A stretch of DNA of 32,000 bases from Sneathiella sp. (GTDB lineage: Bacteria > Pseudomonadota > Alphaproteobacteria > Sneathiellales > Sneathiellaceae). Made by a program: the position numbers and the translations under genes. The stretch covers positions 1,631,675 through 1,663,674 of the forward strand of contig OZ245808.1 of the NCBI GenBank assembly GCA_965228285.1, given 5' to 3'. Each line of letters begins with the position of its first letter. The first letter of the stretch is position 1. The notes beneath the pieces were generated by a model. That model searched no databases. It was not told the DNA's origin and saw only the letters and a list, made by a program, of their open reading frames with translations. This document shows positions 1-8,539 of this stretch, one piece after another.

Positions 1-1461
1 CATATAGGCGTCGATCGGCCCGGTTCCCTCACCCTCTACGACAATTTCCGATCCTTTTTCACGGATTTTTGCCGACAGTTTCCGACGCTCCGTTGCGTGG
101 GGATCAACGGTGGTCTGATGATCGATGAACTCAAGATCTCCCTCCGCATTGAGATACTCTTTCTCGAATATCTCGTAGATCGTCGACGATGAAAGTTCCT
201 TTCCCGTCGCATCGGTCACACCCTGAACCACCTTACTAAATTCCACCTGAAGCAACCGAGGCAACTCAATGCCGTAGTCCTCTTCCAGAAGATAGGCGAC
301 CCCGCCTTTGCCGGACTGGCTGTTTACCCGGATTACCGCATCATAGTTCCGACCCAAATCCGCCGGATCGATTGGTAAATACGGGACTTCCCACAGGTTA
401 CTATTGGCCTTTTTGAGGGCGCCGAACCCTTTCTTGATGGCATCCTGATGGGAGCCGGAAAAGGCCGTAAATACCAAGTCCCCGCCGTAAGGATGCCGGG
501 GATGCACGGGCAACTGGTTACAATATTCCACCGTCCTCACGACTTCGTTGATATTGCTGAAATCGAGATTTGGATTGACGCCCTGAGTATACATATTCAT
601 GGCGATATTGACCACGTCCACATTTCCCGTCCGCTCGCCATTGCCGAACAGAGTTCCTTCAACCCGGTCCGCCCCGGCCATAATGCCGAATTCCGCGGCC
701 GCAACGCCAGTGCCACGATCATTATGTGGATGAAGGCTCAGGATAATCTTCTCCCGATCCGGAAGGTTTCGATGCATCCATTCAATCTGATCGGCATAGA
801 TATTGGCACTTGCCACTTCCACCGTTGCCGGAAGATTGAAGATAATTTTGTTATCAACAGTCGGCTTCCAGATATCCATAACCGCCGAGCAGACCTCACA
901 GGCATAGTCGAGCTCTGTCTGGGTGAAGCTTTCCGGTGAATATTCCATCTGAATGTGGGTTTCGGGCATTTCATCCGCCAGTCTACGAACCAGCTTGGCC
1001 CCTTCGATCGCAATCTGCATGATCCCGACTTTATCGAGATCAAAAACGACCCGCCGCTGCAAAGTGGAGGTGGAGTTATAGAGATGGACGATGGCCTGCT
1101 TGGCCCCCTTGATACTTTCAAAAGTCCGCTCGATCAGCTCTTCCCTGGCCTGGGTCAGGACCTGAATTTTGACGTCATCGGGAATTTCCCCCTCGTCAAT
1201 CAGGAACCGGACGAAATCAAAGTCTGTCTGGGACGCCGACGGAAACCCCACTTCGATTTCCTTAAAGCCAAGCTCGACCAAATGGCGGAACATCCGTAAT
1301 TTACGCTCATGTCCCATCGGCTCTATCAAAGCCTGGTTACCATCCCTCAAATCAACACTGCACCAGATCGGTGCCTTATCGATAACCTTGGTTGGCCATT
1401 GTCGATCCGGTAAGTGGATCGGTTCAAAAGATTTGTATTTATCTCCAGGTGTGAATGTCAT
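1..1461 (-). CDS. leuA: 2-isopropylmalate synthase (long form); the 3' end of the gene runs off the left edge of the window
   Basis: Not in the ORF track because there is no stop in the window. Manual minus-strand translation from ATG 1461..1459 gives [50 protein letters not shown]... The frame stays open for 487 codons down to base 1, with no tta/cta/tca triplet in the codon-aligned plus frame. Family motifs are present: [24 protein letters not shown] and [14 protein letters not shown]. An AGAGGG Shine-Dalgarno lies about 7 nt upstream. Confidence 0.9.
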   Translation of the reverse strand, partial: MTFTPGDKYKSFEPIHLPDRQWPTKVIDKAPIWCSVDLRDGNQALIEPMGHERKLRMFRHLVELGFKEIEVGFPSASQTDFDFVRFLIDEGEIPDDVKIQVLTQAREELIERTFESIKGAKQAIVHLYNSTSTLQRRVVFDLDKVGIMQIAIEGAKLVRRLADEMPETHIQMEYSPESFTQTELDYACEVCSAVMDIWKPTVDNKIIFNLPATVEVASANIYADQIEWMHRNLPDREKIILSLHPHNDRGTGVAAAEFGIMAGADRVEGTLFGNGERTGNVDVVNIAMNMYTQGVNPNLDFSNINEVVRTVEYCNQLPVHPRHPYGGDLVFTAFSGSHQDAIKKGFGALKKANSNLWEVPYLPIDPADLGRNYDAVIRVNSQSGKGGVAYLLEEDYGIELPRLLQVEFSKVVQGVTDATGKELSSSTIYEIFEKEYLNAEGDLEFIDHQTTVDPHATERRKLSAKIREKGSEIVVEGEGTGPIDAYM

Positions 1462-1720
1462 TTCAAAACCCTCTTTTTTCCTGGCGGCGCCAAGCGCCTT
1501 ATGTCGTTACAGATTAGGTTATGCAGCTAACTACGGTCGCAGGGTGCCACTTACCGCCCGCGACCGTTTGGAAGTCGAGAGAGCCCCCCGGAAGTAGACG
1601 CAACTGCTTCCTGACGTAAACCATTGTTAAATTTTGAAATGAGTGACCCAAAGGTCCTTGTTAAATACATTCGACTACCTGAAATTTGGTCAATAGGACG
1701 TCCGTTGCCCCGGCACTGAC

Positions 1721-1777
1721 TTAAAGCGCCGGGCCAATAAGTCGTAGCAGGCCCAAAAGTCGATTTGTATTTATCAT
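1721..1777 (-). CDS. Candidate Leu-rich leader peptide MINTNRLLGLLRLIGPAL (18 codons), hypothetical
   Basis: The ORF is ATG ATA AAT ACA AAT CGA CTT TTG GGC CTG CTA CGA CTT ATT GGC CCG GCG CTT TAA, and 6 of its 18 codons encode Leu. It lies upstream of leuA. There is no Shine-Dalgarno, but the ATG sits 7 nt after a -10-like hexamer, which is a leaderless configuration. The call rests on sequence pattern alone. Confidence 0.25.
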   Translation of the reverse strand: MINTNRLLGLLRLIGPAL

Positions 1778-1783
1778 GAGGGA

Positions 1784-1811
1784 AATCTATCCAAACCTTG
1801 CCAATAGTCAA
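1784..1811 (-). promoter_or_regulatory. Candidate sigma70-type promoter: TTGACT, 16-nt spacer, TAGATT
   Basis: On the minus strand, TTGACT occupies 1811..1806 and TAGATT occupies 1789..1784, separated by 16 nt. The same TTGACT -35 hexamer occurs in the rpsM and rpsL candidate promoters. The -10 matches consensus at only 4 of 6 positions. Confidence 0.3.
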
Positions 1812-1842
1812 GGCAATTTCTTTGGACAGGTTCTTTGCCACT

Positions 1843-2841
1843 TTAGATATCAAACTCAATGAACGGGTCTTCATACTCATTTTCACTGAAGCCAAGAAGC
1901 TGCCACGTGTCTTTCATATGGCTGGCAAGTGGCGCCGATACAGTGACATCTTTCCCATCCGGATGAGAAATGGTTATTTCCCGCGCATGCAGATGCATTT
2001 TCTTGCTGATGGCGCCGTCAAGGAAGGCTTCTGAGCCTCCATATTTGCCGTCGCCGACGATGGGGGTCTCAAGGGCGGCGCAATGAACGCGAAGCTGATG
2101 GGTTCGCCCGGTCAGGGGTTTCAGGGCAAGCCAGGCCGCCCGTTGACCGGCGACAGCCACCACGGAATAGTCGGTGATTGCTTTCTGACCGTCCCGATCG
2201 ACAACAACTTTCTCGCCATTTGCCGTAACAATTTTTGACAGATTGTATGACACAGTCGCCTGTTTCGGCCGAGGAACCCCAGCGACCAGGGCCCAGTATA
2301 TCTTCCGGGTAGTGCGGCGCTTGAAGGCGTCCGCCAGATGCTTTGTCGCAAGACGGGTACGTCCAATCACCAAAACACCGGATGTATCTTTATCAAGTCG
2401 ATGAACCAGCTTGGGCTTTTCCGGATAATCAAACTGCAAGCCCGCCAGCAGTCCATCAATATGGCGATTTTGTCCGCTGCCTCCCTGAACCGGTAATCCG
2501 GGAGGCTTATTAAGAACAATCATCGCATCATCCATATGCAAGATCATTTTGCGAATTTCAGCAATATCTCGATTCGAAAGTGCCTCTCTCTCCCCCTGTT
2601 GTCCGTAGTTCCGCTGCAGGGGGTTGCTGAGTTCATCCGGCAAAGGAGGTACCCGGACGATCTGGCCGACCTCCAACCGAATGTTAGACTTTGCACGCTT
2701 CTTGTCGACACGGATATCGCCCTTGCGCAGGTGCTTTTCCAGCTGTCCATGGGTGAGACCAGGAAAATGCGATTTAAACCAGCGATCCAGTCTCAGGTCT
2801 GCTTCGTCAGGTGTAACGGTAATCAATTGTACTCTACTCAT
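1843..2841 (-). CDS. rluC: RluA-family 23S rRNA pseudouridine synthase (RluC/RluD-like)
   Basis: 332 aa. It has an N-terminal S4-like RNA-binding domain (RLDRWF...GDIRVDKKRAK) and the catalytic HRLDKDTSGVLV motif. ATG 2841 overlaps the crcB stop (ATGA). The exact subfamily cannot be resolved by eye. Confidence 0.85.
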   Translation of the reverse strand: MSRVQLITVTPDEADLRLDRWFKSHFPGLTHGQLEKHLRKGDIRVDKKRAKSNIRLEVGQIVRVPPLPDELSNPLQRNYGQQGEREALSNRDIAEIRKMILHMDDAMIVLNKPPGLPVQGGSGQNRHIDGLLAGLQFDYPEKPKLVHRLDKDTSGVLVIGRTRLATKHLADAFKRRTTRKIYWALVAGVPRPKQATVSYNLSKIVTANGEKVVVDRDGQKAITDYSVVAVAGQRAAWLALKPLTGRTHQLRVHCAALETPIVGDGKYGGSEAFLDGAISKKMHLHAREITISHPDGKDVTVSAPLASHMKDTWQLLGFSENEYEDPFIEFDI

Positions 2842-3218
2842 GTCAGCACCAGCCGCATCAAATGCAACCCTGCGAACAGGGCACCGATGGAAAAGACTAC
2901 CGATATCAGGATATATCCGCCAGCCGCCAAGGTTGCTCCTTTCTCAACGAGCAGGGCGACGTCAAGGGAGAAGGCTGAAAAAGTTGTGAAAGCGCCCAGA
3001 AACCCGGTAATCATCAAAACCCGCATTTCTGGTGAGACGGACCATTTAAGCGCCATCAGTTCAATCAGCACGCCCATAACAAAGGATCCAACCACATTCA
3101 CGAAAACTGTCCCATAGGGATAACCAGGCCCGAGATAACGCAGCATCAGTTGGGCCACGCCATATCTGGCGCAGGCGCCCAGGGCACCGCCAACCGCTAC
3201 TGACAAAAGCATATTCAT
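2838..3218 (-). CDS. crcB: Fluoride ion channel CrcB/FluC
   Basis: 126 aa from ATG 3218 (MNMLLSVAVGGALGACARYG...). It is a small four-helix membrane protein with the CrcB-typical GFLGAFTTFSAFS motif. ATG 3218 overlaps the rarA stop (ATGA). The ORF-track extension to 3263 lies inside rarA. Confidence 0.85.
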   Translation of the reverse strand: MNMLLSVAVGGALGACARYGVAQLMLRYLGPGYPYGTVFVNVVGSFVMGVLIELMALKWSVSPEMRVLMITGFLGAFTTFSAFSLDVALLVEKGATLAAGGYILISVVFSIGALFAGLHLMRLVLT

Positions 3219-4531
3219 TTTATCGTCTTCTCTGCCTGTTTCCTGGCCCTGAGTTTGGACCAATATTCAAGTCGCTTCTTAATTTCCCGCTCAAACCATC
3301 GTTCTACCGGGGAATAAAATTGTTCTCGGGTCATCTCATCCGGGAAATAATTCTGTCCGGAAAAGCCGTCTTCGTCATTATGGTCATAGGCATAGTCCTT
3401 GCCGTATCCCAGATCTTTCATCAGACCCGTAGGGGCATTCAATATATGCTTTGGTGGCATATGGGAACCATGTTTTCGAGCTGCCGATTTGGACAGCTTA
3501 AAAGCCGCATAGCCTGCATTGGATTTCGGCGCCGTCGCCAGATAGATCACGGACTGTGCAATCGCCAGGTCTCCCTCCGGCGATCCGAGAAAGTGGTAGG
3601 CGTCCTTGGCCGCATTTGCCTGTACCAGCGCATTGGGATCTGCCATGCCAATATCCTCAACAGCAAAGCGGACGAGACGGCGCGCCAGGTAGAGAGGATC
3701 CTCTCCCCCATCCATCATTCTTGAAAACCAGTAAAGGGCCGCATCGACGTCCGACCCCCGCAGGGATTTATGCAGGGCACTAATTAGATTGTAATGCCCT
3801 TCCTTATCTTTGTCATACGCAGGGGCTCGCTTAGAAATGACCCTTGTAAGACCCTCCACGTCCAGCTCCTGATCTCCAGACCGAAAAACGGTTTCTACCA
3901 TATTGAGGAAAAACCGGCCGTCCCCGTCGGCGAGATGCAAAAGCGCATCGCGCGCTTCGGCTGTCAACGGGATTTTCCTTCCCTCAAGATCCTCGGCACG
4001 GTCGAGCAGCGCGGTGAGAGACAGTTCATTATGCTGCTCCAGCACCAGCACCTGACACCGGGAAAGGAGCGCGCCATTAAGCTCGAAGGACGGGTTTTCT
4101 GTGGTCGCCCCTACAAGAGTAATCGTCCCGTCTTCCACATAAGGGAGGAAACCGTCCTGCTGAGCGCGGTTAAACCGATGTATTTCATCGACGAAAAGCA
4201 GGGTCCGTTTCCCTTCCTGGCGCCTCAGCTTCGCCGCCTCAAAAGCTTTTCGTAAATCAGCGACACCGGAAAACACGGCCGATATCTGCTCAAAATACAT
4301 ATCCACTTCCTGGGCCAGGAGTCGAGCAATGGTCGTCTTCCCACTGCCCGGAGGTCCCCAGAATATGACAGATGCCAGCCAGTCACTGGACAGCATGCGC
4401 TGAAGCGGGGCCCCCTCCCTTAGCAGATGATCCTGCCCGACAACATCGCTAAGCCGGGCCGGTCTTAAGCGATCGGCCAGAGGTCTGGAGCCCGGCTCGT
4501 TTTCCAGAGCCTTTTCAAACAGGCTGGTCAC
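3215..4531 (-). CDS. rarA: Replication-associated recombination protein A (AAA+ ATPase RarA/MgsA)
   Basis: It carries Walker A GPPGSGKTT, a Walker B-like LFVDEIHRFN and the conserved C-terminal YLARRL...GMADP region. I chose GTG 4531 as the start because it overlaps the degP stop (GTGA) and leaves 16 residues before PLADRLRP, as in E. coli RarA. The ORF-track alternative is TTG 4585. Confidence 0.88.
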   Translation of the reverse strand: MTSLFEKALENEPGSRPLADRLRPARLSDVVGQDHLLREGAPLQRMLSSDWLASVIFWGPPGSGKTTIARLLAQEVDMYFEQISAVFSGVADLRKAFEAAKLRRQEGKRTLLFVDEIHRFNRAQQDGFLPYVEDGTITLVGATTENPSFELNGALLSRCQVLVLEQHNELSLTALLDRAEDLEGRKIPLTAEARDALLHLADGDGRFFLNMVETVFRSGDQELDVEGLTRVISKRAPAYDKDKEGHYNLISALHKSLRGSDVDAALYWFSRMMDGGEDPLYLARRLVRFAVEDIGMADPNALVQANAAKDAYHFLGSPEGDLAIAQSVIYLATAPKSNAGYAAFKLSKSAARKHGSHMPPKHILNAPTGLMKDLGYGKDYAYDHNDEDGFSGQNYFPDEMTREQFYSPVERWFEREIKKRLEYWSKLRARKQAEKTIK

Positions 4532-5946
4532 AAGGTAACCTTGAAAGATAGGGTGCGTCCTTTTCGGCGAATACTGATTTCCCAACTATCCTTCGCCGCC
4601 AGCAGCGCGTTTTGAGCCTGGGAAACTTCAACGATCTGCTGATTATTGATGGTCAGCAGAATATCTCTTGGTCTCAATCCATATCTTGCCGCAACGCTGC
4701 CATTGTTGATTCCCGTCACCACAACCCCTTCGGCAAAGGCGGACATCCCAAGCTCCAAGGCATGGGCCGGAGAAAGATTCCCGACTATGGCCCCTGACAA
4801 GGGCTGACTGCCACTCAAGGTCATGATGTTCCGTGGCGGATCTTCTGGCGCTTGCTTCAATTCGATCACAATTTCCGTCAAATTACCATTCCGGATAACA
4901 TCCAGAACCGCTGTGTTACCAAGAACGCCGGAGGATACCCTGAATATCAACGCTTCCAGCCCAAATATTTCTTTGCCATCAATGGAGACAACGACATCAC
5001 CGACCCGCAATCCGGCCTCAAACGCCGCCCCCGATTTATGGACCCGGTTGATGAGCACGCCGCCGGGGCGTTCCAGTCCAAGACCATCCGCCACGTCACT
5101 GGTGACCGCCTGACCGGAGGCACCGAGCCAAGGCCGAATGACCTTCCCTGTAGCAAGCCCGTTCGTCAATACGGCTTTGACCATGTTCGCGGGAATAGCG
5201 AAGCCGATCCCTAAGGACCCGCCACTCTTGCTAAATATAGCTGAGTTGATACCGGCAAGCTTACCATCCATCGTCAGCAGGGCACCGCCTGAATTTCCAG
5301 GATTAATAGCCGCATCGGTTTGGATGAAGGACTGTATATCATTGCTGACGGCCGCGCTGCGATCCAGGGCGGAGACAATGCCGCTGGTCACCGTCTGGCC
5401 GACCCCAAACGGGTTCCCGATCGCCACCACCAGATCCCCGATCTCCAGGTTATCTGAATCGGTGAATTCCAGGAAGGGAAGTGGTTCCCCTTCCACATCG
5501 ATTTTTAAGATGGCGAGGTCTGTCCGCTCATCCTCGACAATCAGTTTAGCATCAAATTCCCGTCTGTCCTGCAAGGCAACGGTAATCTCGTCCGCATCAC
5601 CGACCACATGAAAATTGGTGACGATGATGCCGGAACCATCAACAATAACGCCGGAGCCCAACGAGTTTTGGATTTGCGGGCGATTTTGCTGTGGACCAAA
5701 GTTACGGCCGAAAAAACGTTTGAAGAACGGATCATCAAAGATCGTCCGGCGGCTCTGCGTCACTGTCTTTTTGGTGAAAATATTGACAACCGCAGGGGAG
5801 GCCTTTTTGACCAGGGGTGCAAAGGACAGCATAATCTGTGCCTGACTTTGTGGCACAACTTCCTCAGCTTGGCTGAAAGCGGGCATGGAGACTGCCATCA
5901 CTAATGCCATGAGCATAAGTCGGAAATTCCAGCGATGCAGATACAT
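4528..5946 (-). CDS. degP: Periplasmic HtrA/DegP-family (Do) serine endoprotease with two PDZ domains
   Basis: From ATG 5946 the signal peptide reads MYLHRWNFRLMLMALVMAVSMPAFS/QAEE. The trypsin-like His/Asp/Ser triad is present, with the GNSGGAL serine motif, followed by two C-terminal PDZ-like segments. The ORF track begins at an upstream TTG at 5961. The DegP versus DegQ paralog assignment is not resolvable. Confidence 0.88.
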   Translation of the reverse strand: MYLHRWNFRLMLMALVMAVSMPAFSQAEEVVPQSQAQIMLSFAPLVKKASPAVVNIFTKKTVTQSRRTIFDDPFFKRFFGRNFGPQQNRPQIQNSLGSGVIVDGSGIIVTNFHVVGDADEITVALQDRREFDAKLIVEDERTDLAILKIDVEGEPLPFLEFTDSDNLEIGDLVVAIGNPFGVGQTVTSGIVSALDRSAAVSNDIQSFIQTDAAINPGNSGGALLTMDGKLAGINSAIFSKSGGSLGIGFAIPANMVKAVLTNGLATGKVIRPWLGASGQAVTSDVADGLGLERPGGVLINRVHKSGAAFEAGLRVGDVVVSIDGKEIFGLEALIFRVSSGVLGNTAVLDVIRNGNLTEIVIELKQAPEDPPRNIMTLSGSQPLSGAIVGNLSPAHALELGMSAFAEGVVVTGINNGSVAARYGLRPRDILLTINNQQIVEVSQAQNALLAAKDSWEISIRRKGRTLSFKVTL

Positions 5947-6049
5947 AGTGATGTGACCCAACTTTCTGTCCCTAATGTAGCTCTATGATATCTTAGATAT
6001 TAAGTGGCCGCCAATAACTAGATAGTATTCGAGGACTTCGATCCCAACG

Positions 6050-6080
6050 AAAAAAGGCAGCCCTGAAGACTGCCTTTTTT
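6050..6080 (-). terminator. Rho-independent terminator downstream of rplQ
   Basis: The minus-strand RNA reads AAAAAA GGCAGUCU UCA GGGCUGCC UUUUUU. The 8-bp stem includes two G-U pairs that would be C-A mismatches on the plus strand, which favours minus-strand function. It lies 20 nt after the rplQ stop. Confidence 0.8.
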
Positions 6081-6099
6081 CAAGTCTATTTGGATAAGC

Positions 6100-6537
6100 T
6101 TACGCGACAGCTTCAGCTTCCAGCAATTCTTCCTCATCCGCATTCTGATCCGGACCGGAATCCTGGCCTTTGGCATCAACATCGCGATCCACGAGTTCAA
6201 TAATTCCCATGGCAGCGGCATCACCTGTCCTGAAACCTGCTTTCAGTACCCGGGTATAGCCACCCTGACGGTCAGCATAACGCTCACTCAGGGTAGAGAA
6301 CAGTTTATCGACTGCCGATTTCTCAGTCAGTTCCGCCAGAGCCTGGCGGCGGGCATGCAGATCGCCGCGCTTACCCAGAGTGATGAGCTTTTCGACAATC
6401 GGACGCAGGTCTTTAGCCTTTGGCAAAGTCGTCTTGATCTGCTCATGCTTGATAAGGGATGCCGCCATATTGGCGAACATTGCCTTGCGATGAGCGGAGG
6501 ACCGGTTGAGCTTACGCCCGGACTTACGATGACGCAT
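6100..6537 (-). CDS. rplQ: 50S ribosomal protein L17
   Basis: [37 protein letters not shown]...; 145 aa with an acidic C-terminal tail. It is the last gene of the alpha operon. Confidence 0.97.
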   Translation of the reverse strand: MRHRKSGRKLNRSSAHRKAMFANMAASLIKHEQIKTTLPKAKDLRPIVEKLITLGKRGDLHARRQALAELTEKSAVDKLFSTLSERYADRQGGYTRVLKAGFRTGDAAAMGIIELVDRDVDAKGQDSGPDQNADEEELLEAEAVA

Positions 6538-6567
6538 TTTTCTTACTCCACAGCTATCAATGCTGTT

Positions 6568-7581
6568 CTAAAAAGGTTCTTCCAGCCGTTTGGCCATATC
6601 TTCAATATTTTCAGGCGGCCAGTTTGGAACTTCCATGCCAAGATGCAAGCCCATCTGCGCCAGTACTTCTTTGATTTCGTTCAGACTCTTACGACCAAAA
6701 TTTGGTGTCCGCAGCATTTCCGCTTCGGTTTTCTGAATGAGATCTCCAATGTAAACAATGTTATCATTCTTGAGGCAGTTGGCCGAGCGAACGGAGAGTT
6801 CGAGTTCATCCACCTTGCGAAGGAGATTTCTGTTGAACTCAGGCTCCTGGCTCTCTTCCTTGACAACAACTTCTTCAGGCTCGTCAAAATTCACGAACAG
6901 CTGGAACTGCTCCTGTAGAATTCTGGCGGCAAATGCCACGGCATCTTCCGGAGAAACCGTACCATTGGTCTCCACTTTCAAGGTCAGTTTGTCATAATCC
7001 AGCACCTGACCTTCACGGGCCGCTTCAACCTTGTAGGAGACTTTGCGGACAGGACTGTAAAGACTGTCCATCGGAATCAATCCGATGGGGGCATCTTCCG
7101 GGCGGTTTGCAGATCCGGGAACATATCCCTTCCCGGTGTCGACATTCATTTCCATGGAAATAGTCGCCCCATCATCCAGGGTCATCAAAATCAGATCAGG
7201 ATCCATGATTTCAATGTCCGGGCCGGTCTCGATCATGCTGGCAGTCACTTCGCAGGGACCGGAGGCTTTCAACGACATGCGTTTTGGCCCTTCCGCATGG
7301 CTCCGGATTGCCAGGGTCTTGAGGTTGAGAACGATATCCGTCACATCCTCCCGAACGCCGGTAATTGAAGAAAACTCATGCAGAACATTGTCGATCTGAA
7401 TGGAGGTGATGGCAGCACCTTGCAGGCTGGATAACAATACGCGGCGAAGCGCGTTACCCAACGTCAAACCGAACCCTCTTTCCAAAGGTTCGGCTACAAT
7501 GGTGGCTTCCCGATCGTTTTGATCTCCTGCTTCCACAGAGAGATTAGCCTGGATTAGGTCTTTCCAGTTTTGCTGAATCAC
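6568..7581 (-). CDS. rpoA: DNA-directed RNA polymerase subunit alpha
   Basis: The [12 protein letters not shown] motif is present, along with the N-terminal and C-terminal domains (...[13 protein letters not shown]...). The start is set at GTG 7581 ([10 protein letters not shown]..., 337 aa), which matches the family N-terminus MIQKNW and has GAGG 7 nt upstream. The ORF-track maximum start is 7632. Confidence 0.93.
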   Translation of the reverse strand: MIQQNWKDLIQANLSVEAGDQNDREATIVAEPLERGFGLTLGNALRRVLLSSLQGAAITSIQIDNVLHEFSSITGVREDVTDIVLNLKTLAIRSHAEGPKRMSLKASGPCEVTASMIETGPDIEIMDPDLILMTLDDGATISMEMNVDTGKGYVPGSANRPEDAPIGLIPMDSLYSPVRKVSYKVEAAREGQVLDYDKLTLKVETNGTVSPEDAVAFAARILQEQFQLFVNFDEPEEVVVKEESQEPEFNRNLLRKVDELELSVRSANCLKNDNIVYIGDLIQKTEAEMLRTPNFGRKSLNEIKEVLAQMGLHLGMEVPNWPPENIEDMAKRLEEPF

Positions 7582-7680
7582 GGCATTGACCTCATAGCTT
7601 TGCAGGCCCACCATGGACCTGCGTTGTCTCAATAACTATTTTGCCGGCCAGCTGGCCGGACGGCATAAAGGGTCCGAGGC

Positions 7681-8070
7681 TTAAACGCGGCGGCGTTTGG
7701 GCGGACGGCATCCATTATGCGGAATTGGTGATACATCGCGAATGGATGTAATATTAAACCCGACGGCCTGAAGTGCGCGCAAAGCTGATTCGCGCCCCGA
7801 ACCCGGGCCCTTAACTTCAACTTCCAGGGTCTTCATGCCATGGTCCATGGCTTTCTTACCGGCATCTTCTGCTGCGATCTGGGCAGCAAAAGGTGTCGAT
7901 TTACGAGATCCCTTAAATCCTTGTGATCCGGCAGAAGACCAGGCGATGGCATTGCCCTGAGCATCCGTGATCATGATTTTGGTATTGTTGAATGTCGCGC
8001 TGACATGGGCAATACCGGAAATGATATTCTTTCGTTCGCGGCGCCGAACGCGTGTTTTTTCACGAGCCAT
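7681..8070 (-). CDS. rpsK: 30S ribosomal protein S11
   Basis: From ATG 8070 the sequence is [30 protein letters not shown]... (129 aa). It starts 1 nt after the rpsM stop. The ORF-track extension to 8190 overlaps rpsM. Confidence 0.96.
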   Translation of the reverse strand: MAREKTRVRRRERKNIISGIAHVSATFNNTKIMITDAQGNAIAWSSAGSQGFKGSRKSTPFAAQIAAEDAGKKAMDHGMKTLEVEVKGPGSGRESALRALQAVGFNITSIRDVSPIPHNGCRPPKRRRV

Positions 8071-8071
8071 G

Positions 8072-8440
8072 TTACTTCTTCTTCCCAGCAATTGCTTTGG
8101 CCGGACCCTTACGGGTACGGGCATTTGTGTGCGTGCGCTGACCGCGAACCGGCAGTCCCCGGCGGTGGCGCAGGCCACGATAACAACCAAGATCCATCAG
8201 GCGCTTGATATTTACGGAGGTCATCCGCCGCAAATCACCCTCAACAATATGGTCACTGTCGATGGTTTCGCGAATCTTCACGACTTCAGAATCACTCAGC
8301 GCATTGACGCGCAGTTCAGGCGCAAGGCCGACAGCCTCACAAATTTCCTTGGCCTTTGCCGGGCCAATTCCATGAATATAGGTCAGTGCAATAACAACCC
8401 GTTTGTTCGTCGGGATATTTACACCAGCAATACGAGCCAC
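8072..8440 (-). CDS. rpsM: 30S ribosomal protein S13
   Basis: [26 protein letters not shown]...; 122 aa. The start codon is GTG at 8440, preceded by GAGGAGAG 6 nt upstream. Confidence 0.97.
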   Translation of the reverse strand: MARIAGVNIPTNKRVVIALTYIHGIGPAKAKEICEAVGLAPELRVNALSDSEVVKIRETIDSDHIVEGDLRRMTSVNIKRLMDLGCYRGLRHRRGLPVRGQRTHTNARTRKGPAKAIAGKKK

Positions 8441-8460
8441 GCTAGTCTCTCCTCATCACC

Positions 8461-8482
8461 AAAATCGGGTCGTCCTGACCCG
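8461..8482 (-). terminator. Terminator-like hairpin in the adk-rpsM spacer (attenuator candidate)
   Basis: The minus-strand RNA reads CGGGUC AGGAC GACCCG AUUUUGG. The stem is 6 bp and the U tract is short. It lies downstream of the candidate rpsM promoter and about 20 nt before the Shine-Dalgarno. Confidence 0.35.
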
Positions 8483-8511
8483 TTGTTTCAAGCGCTTGCG
8501 GGAAGCGCGCG

Positions 8512-8539
8512 ATTATATAATTTTGTTCTACCTAGTCAA
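8512..8539 (-). promoter_or_regulatory. Candidate sigma70 promoter of rpsM-rpsK-rpoA-rplQ: TTGACT, 16-nt spacer, TATAAT
   Basis: On the minus strand, TTGACT occupies 8539..8534 and TATAAT occupies 8517..8512, separated by 16 nt. CGCGCGC, a GC-rich discriminator, follows immediately. The element starts 5 nt after the adk stop. Confidence 0.6.

Noticed and set aside
1587-1612. The sequence CCCGGAAGTAGACGCAACTGCTTCC superficially recalls the SRP (4.5S) RNA GGAAGCAG helix-8 motif.
   Set aside because: It lacks the conserved GGUCCGGAAGGAAGCAGC context and the symmetric and asymmetric loops, and there is no flanking long helix. It is better explained as a simple 8-bp hairpin in the leuA leader.
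1551-1895. A 114-aa minus-strand ORF spanning the rluC 3' end and the rluC-leuA spacer.
   Set aside because: It overlaps the rluC coding sequence in another frame. It has no Shine-Dalgarno and a basic, low-complexity composition, and it runs through hairpin-rich non-coding sequence. It is most likely spurious.
3219-3300. I looked for a fluoride (crcB-motif) riboswitch upstream of crcB.
   Set aside because: The crcB ATG overlaps the rarA stop codon, so the whole upstream region is rarA coding sequence. I saw no riboswitch-like conserved pseudoknot sequence. This cannot be fully excluded without a covariance-model scan.
8071-8190. Long N-terminal extensions given by the ORF track for rpsK (to 8190), rpsL (to 24266), rpmD (to 11371), crcB (to 3263), rpoA (to 7632), rpsJ (to 19921), rplC (to 19598) and rpmC (to 15233).
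   Set aside because: The extensions overlap the upstream gene or a spacer and are absent from the conserved family N-termini. Internal ATG or GTG codons with better Shine-Dalgarno spacing give canonical protein lengths.
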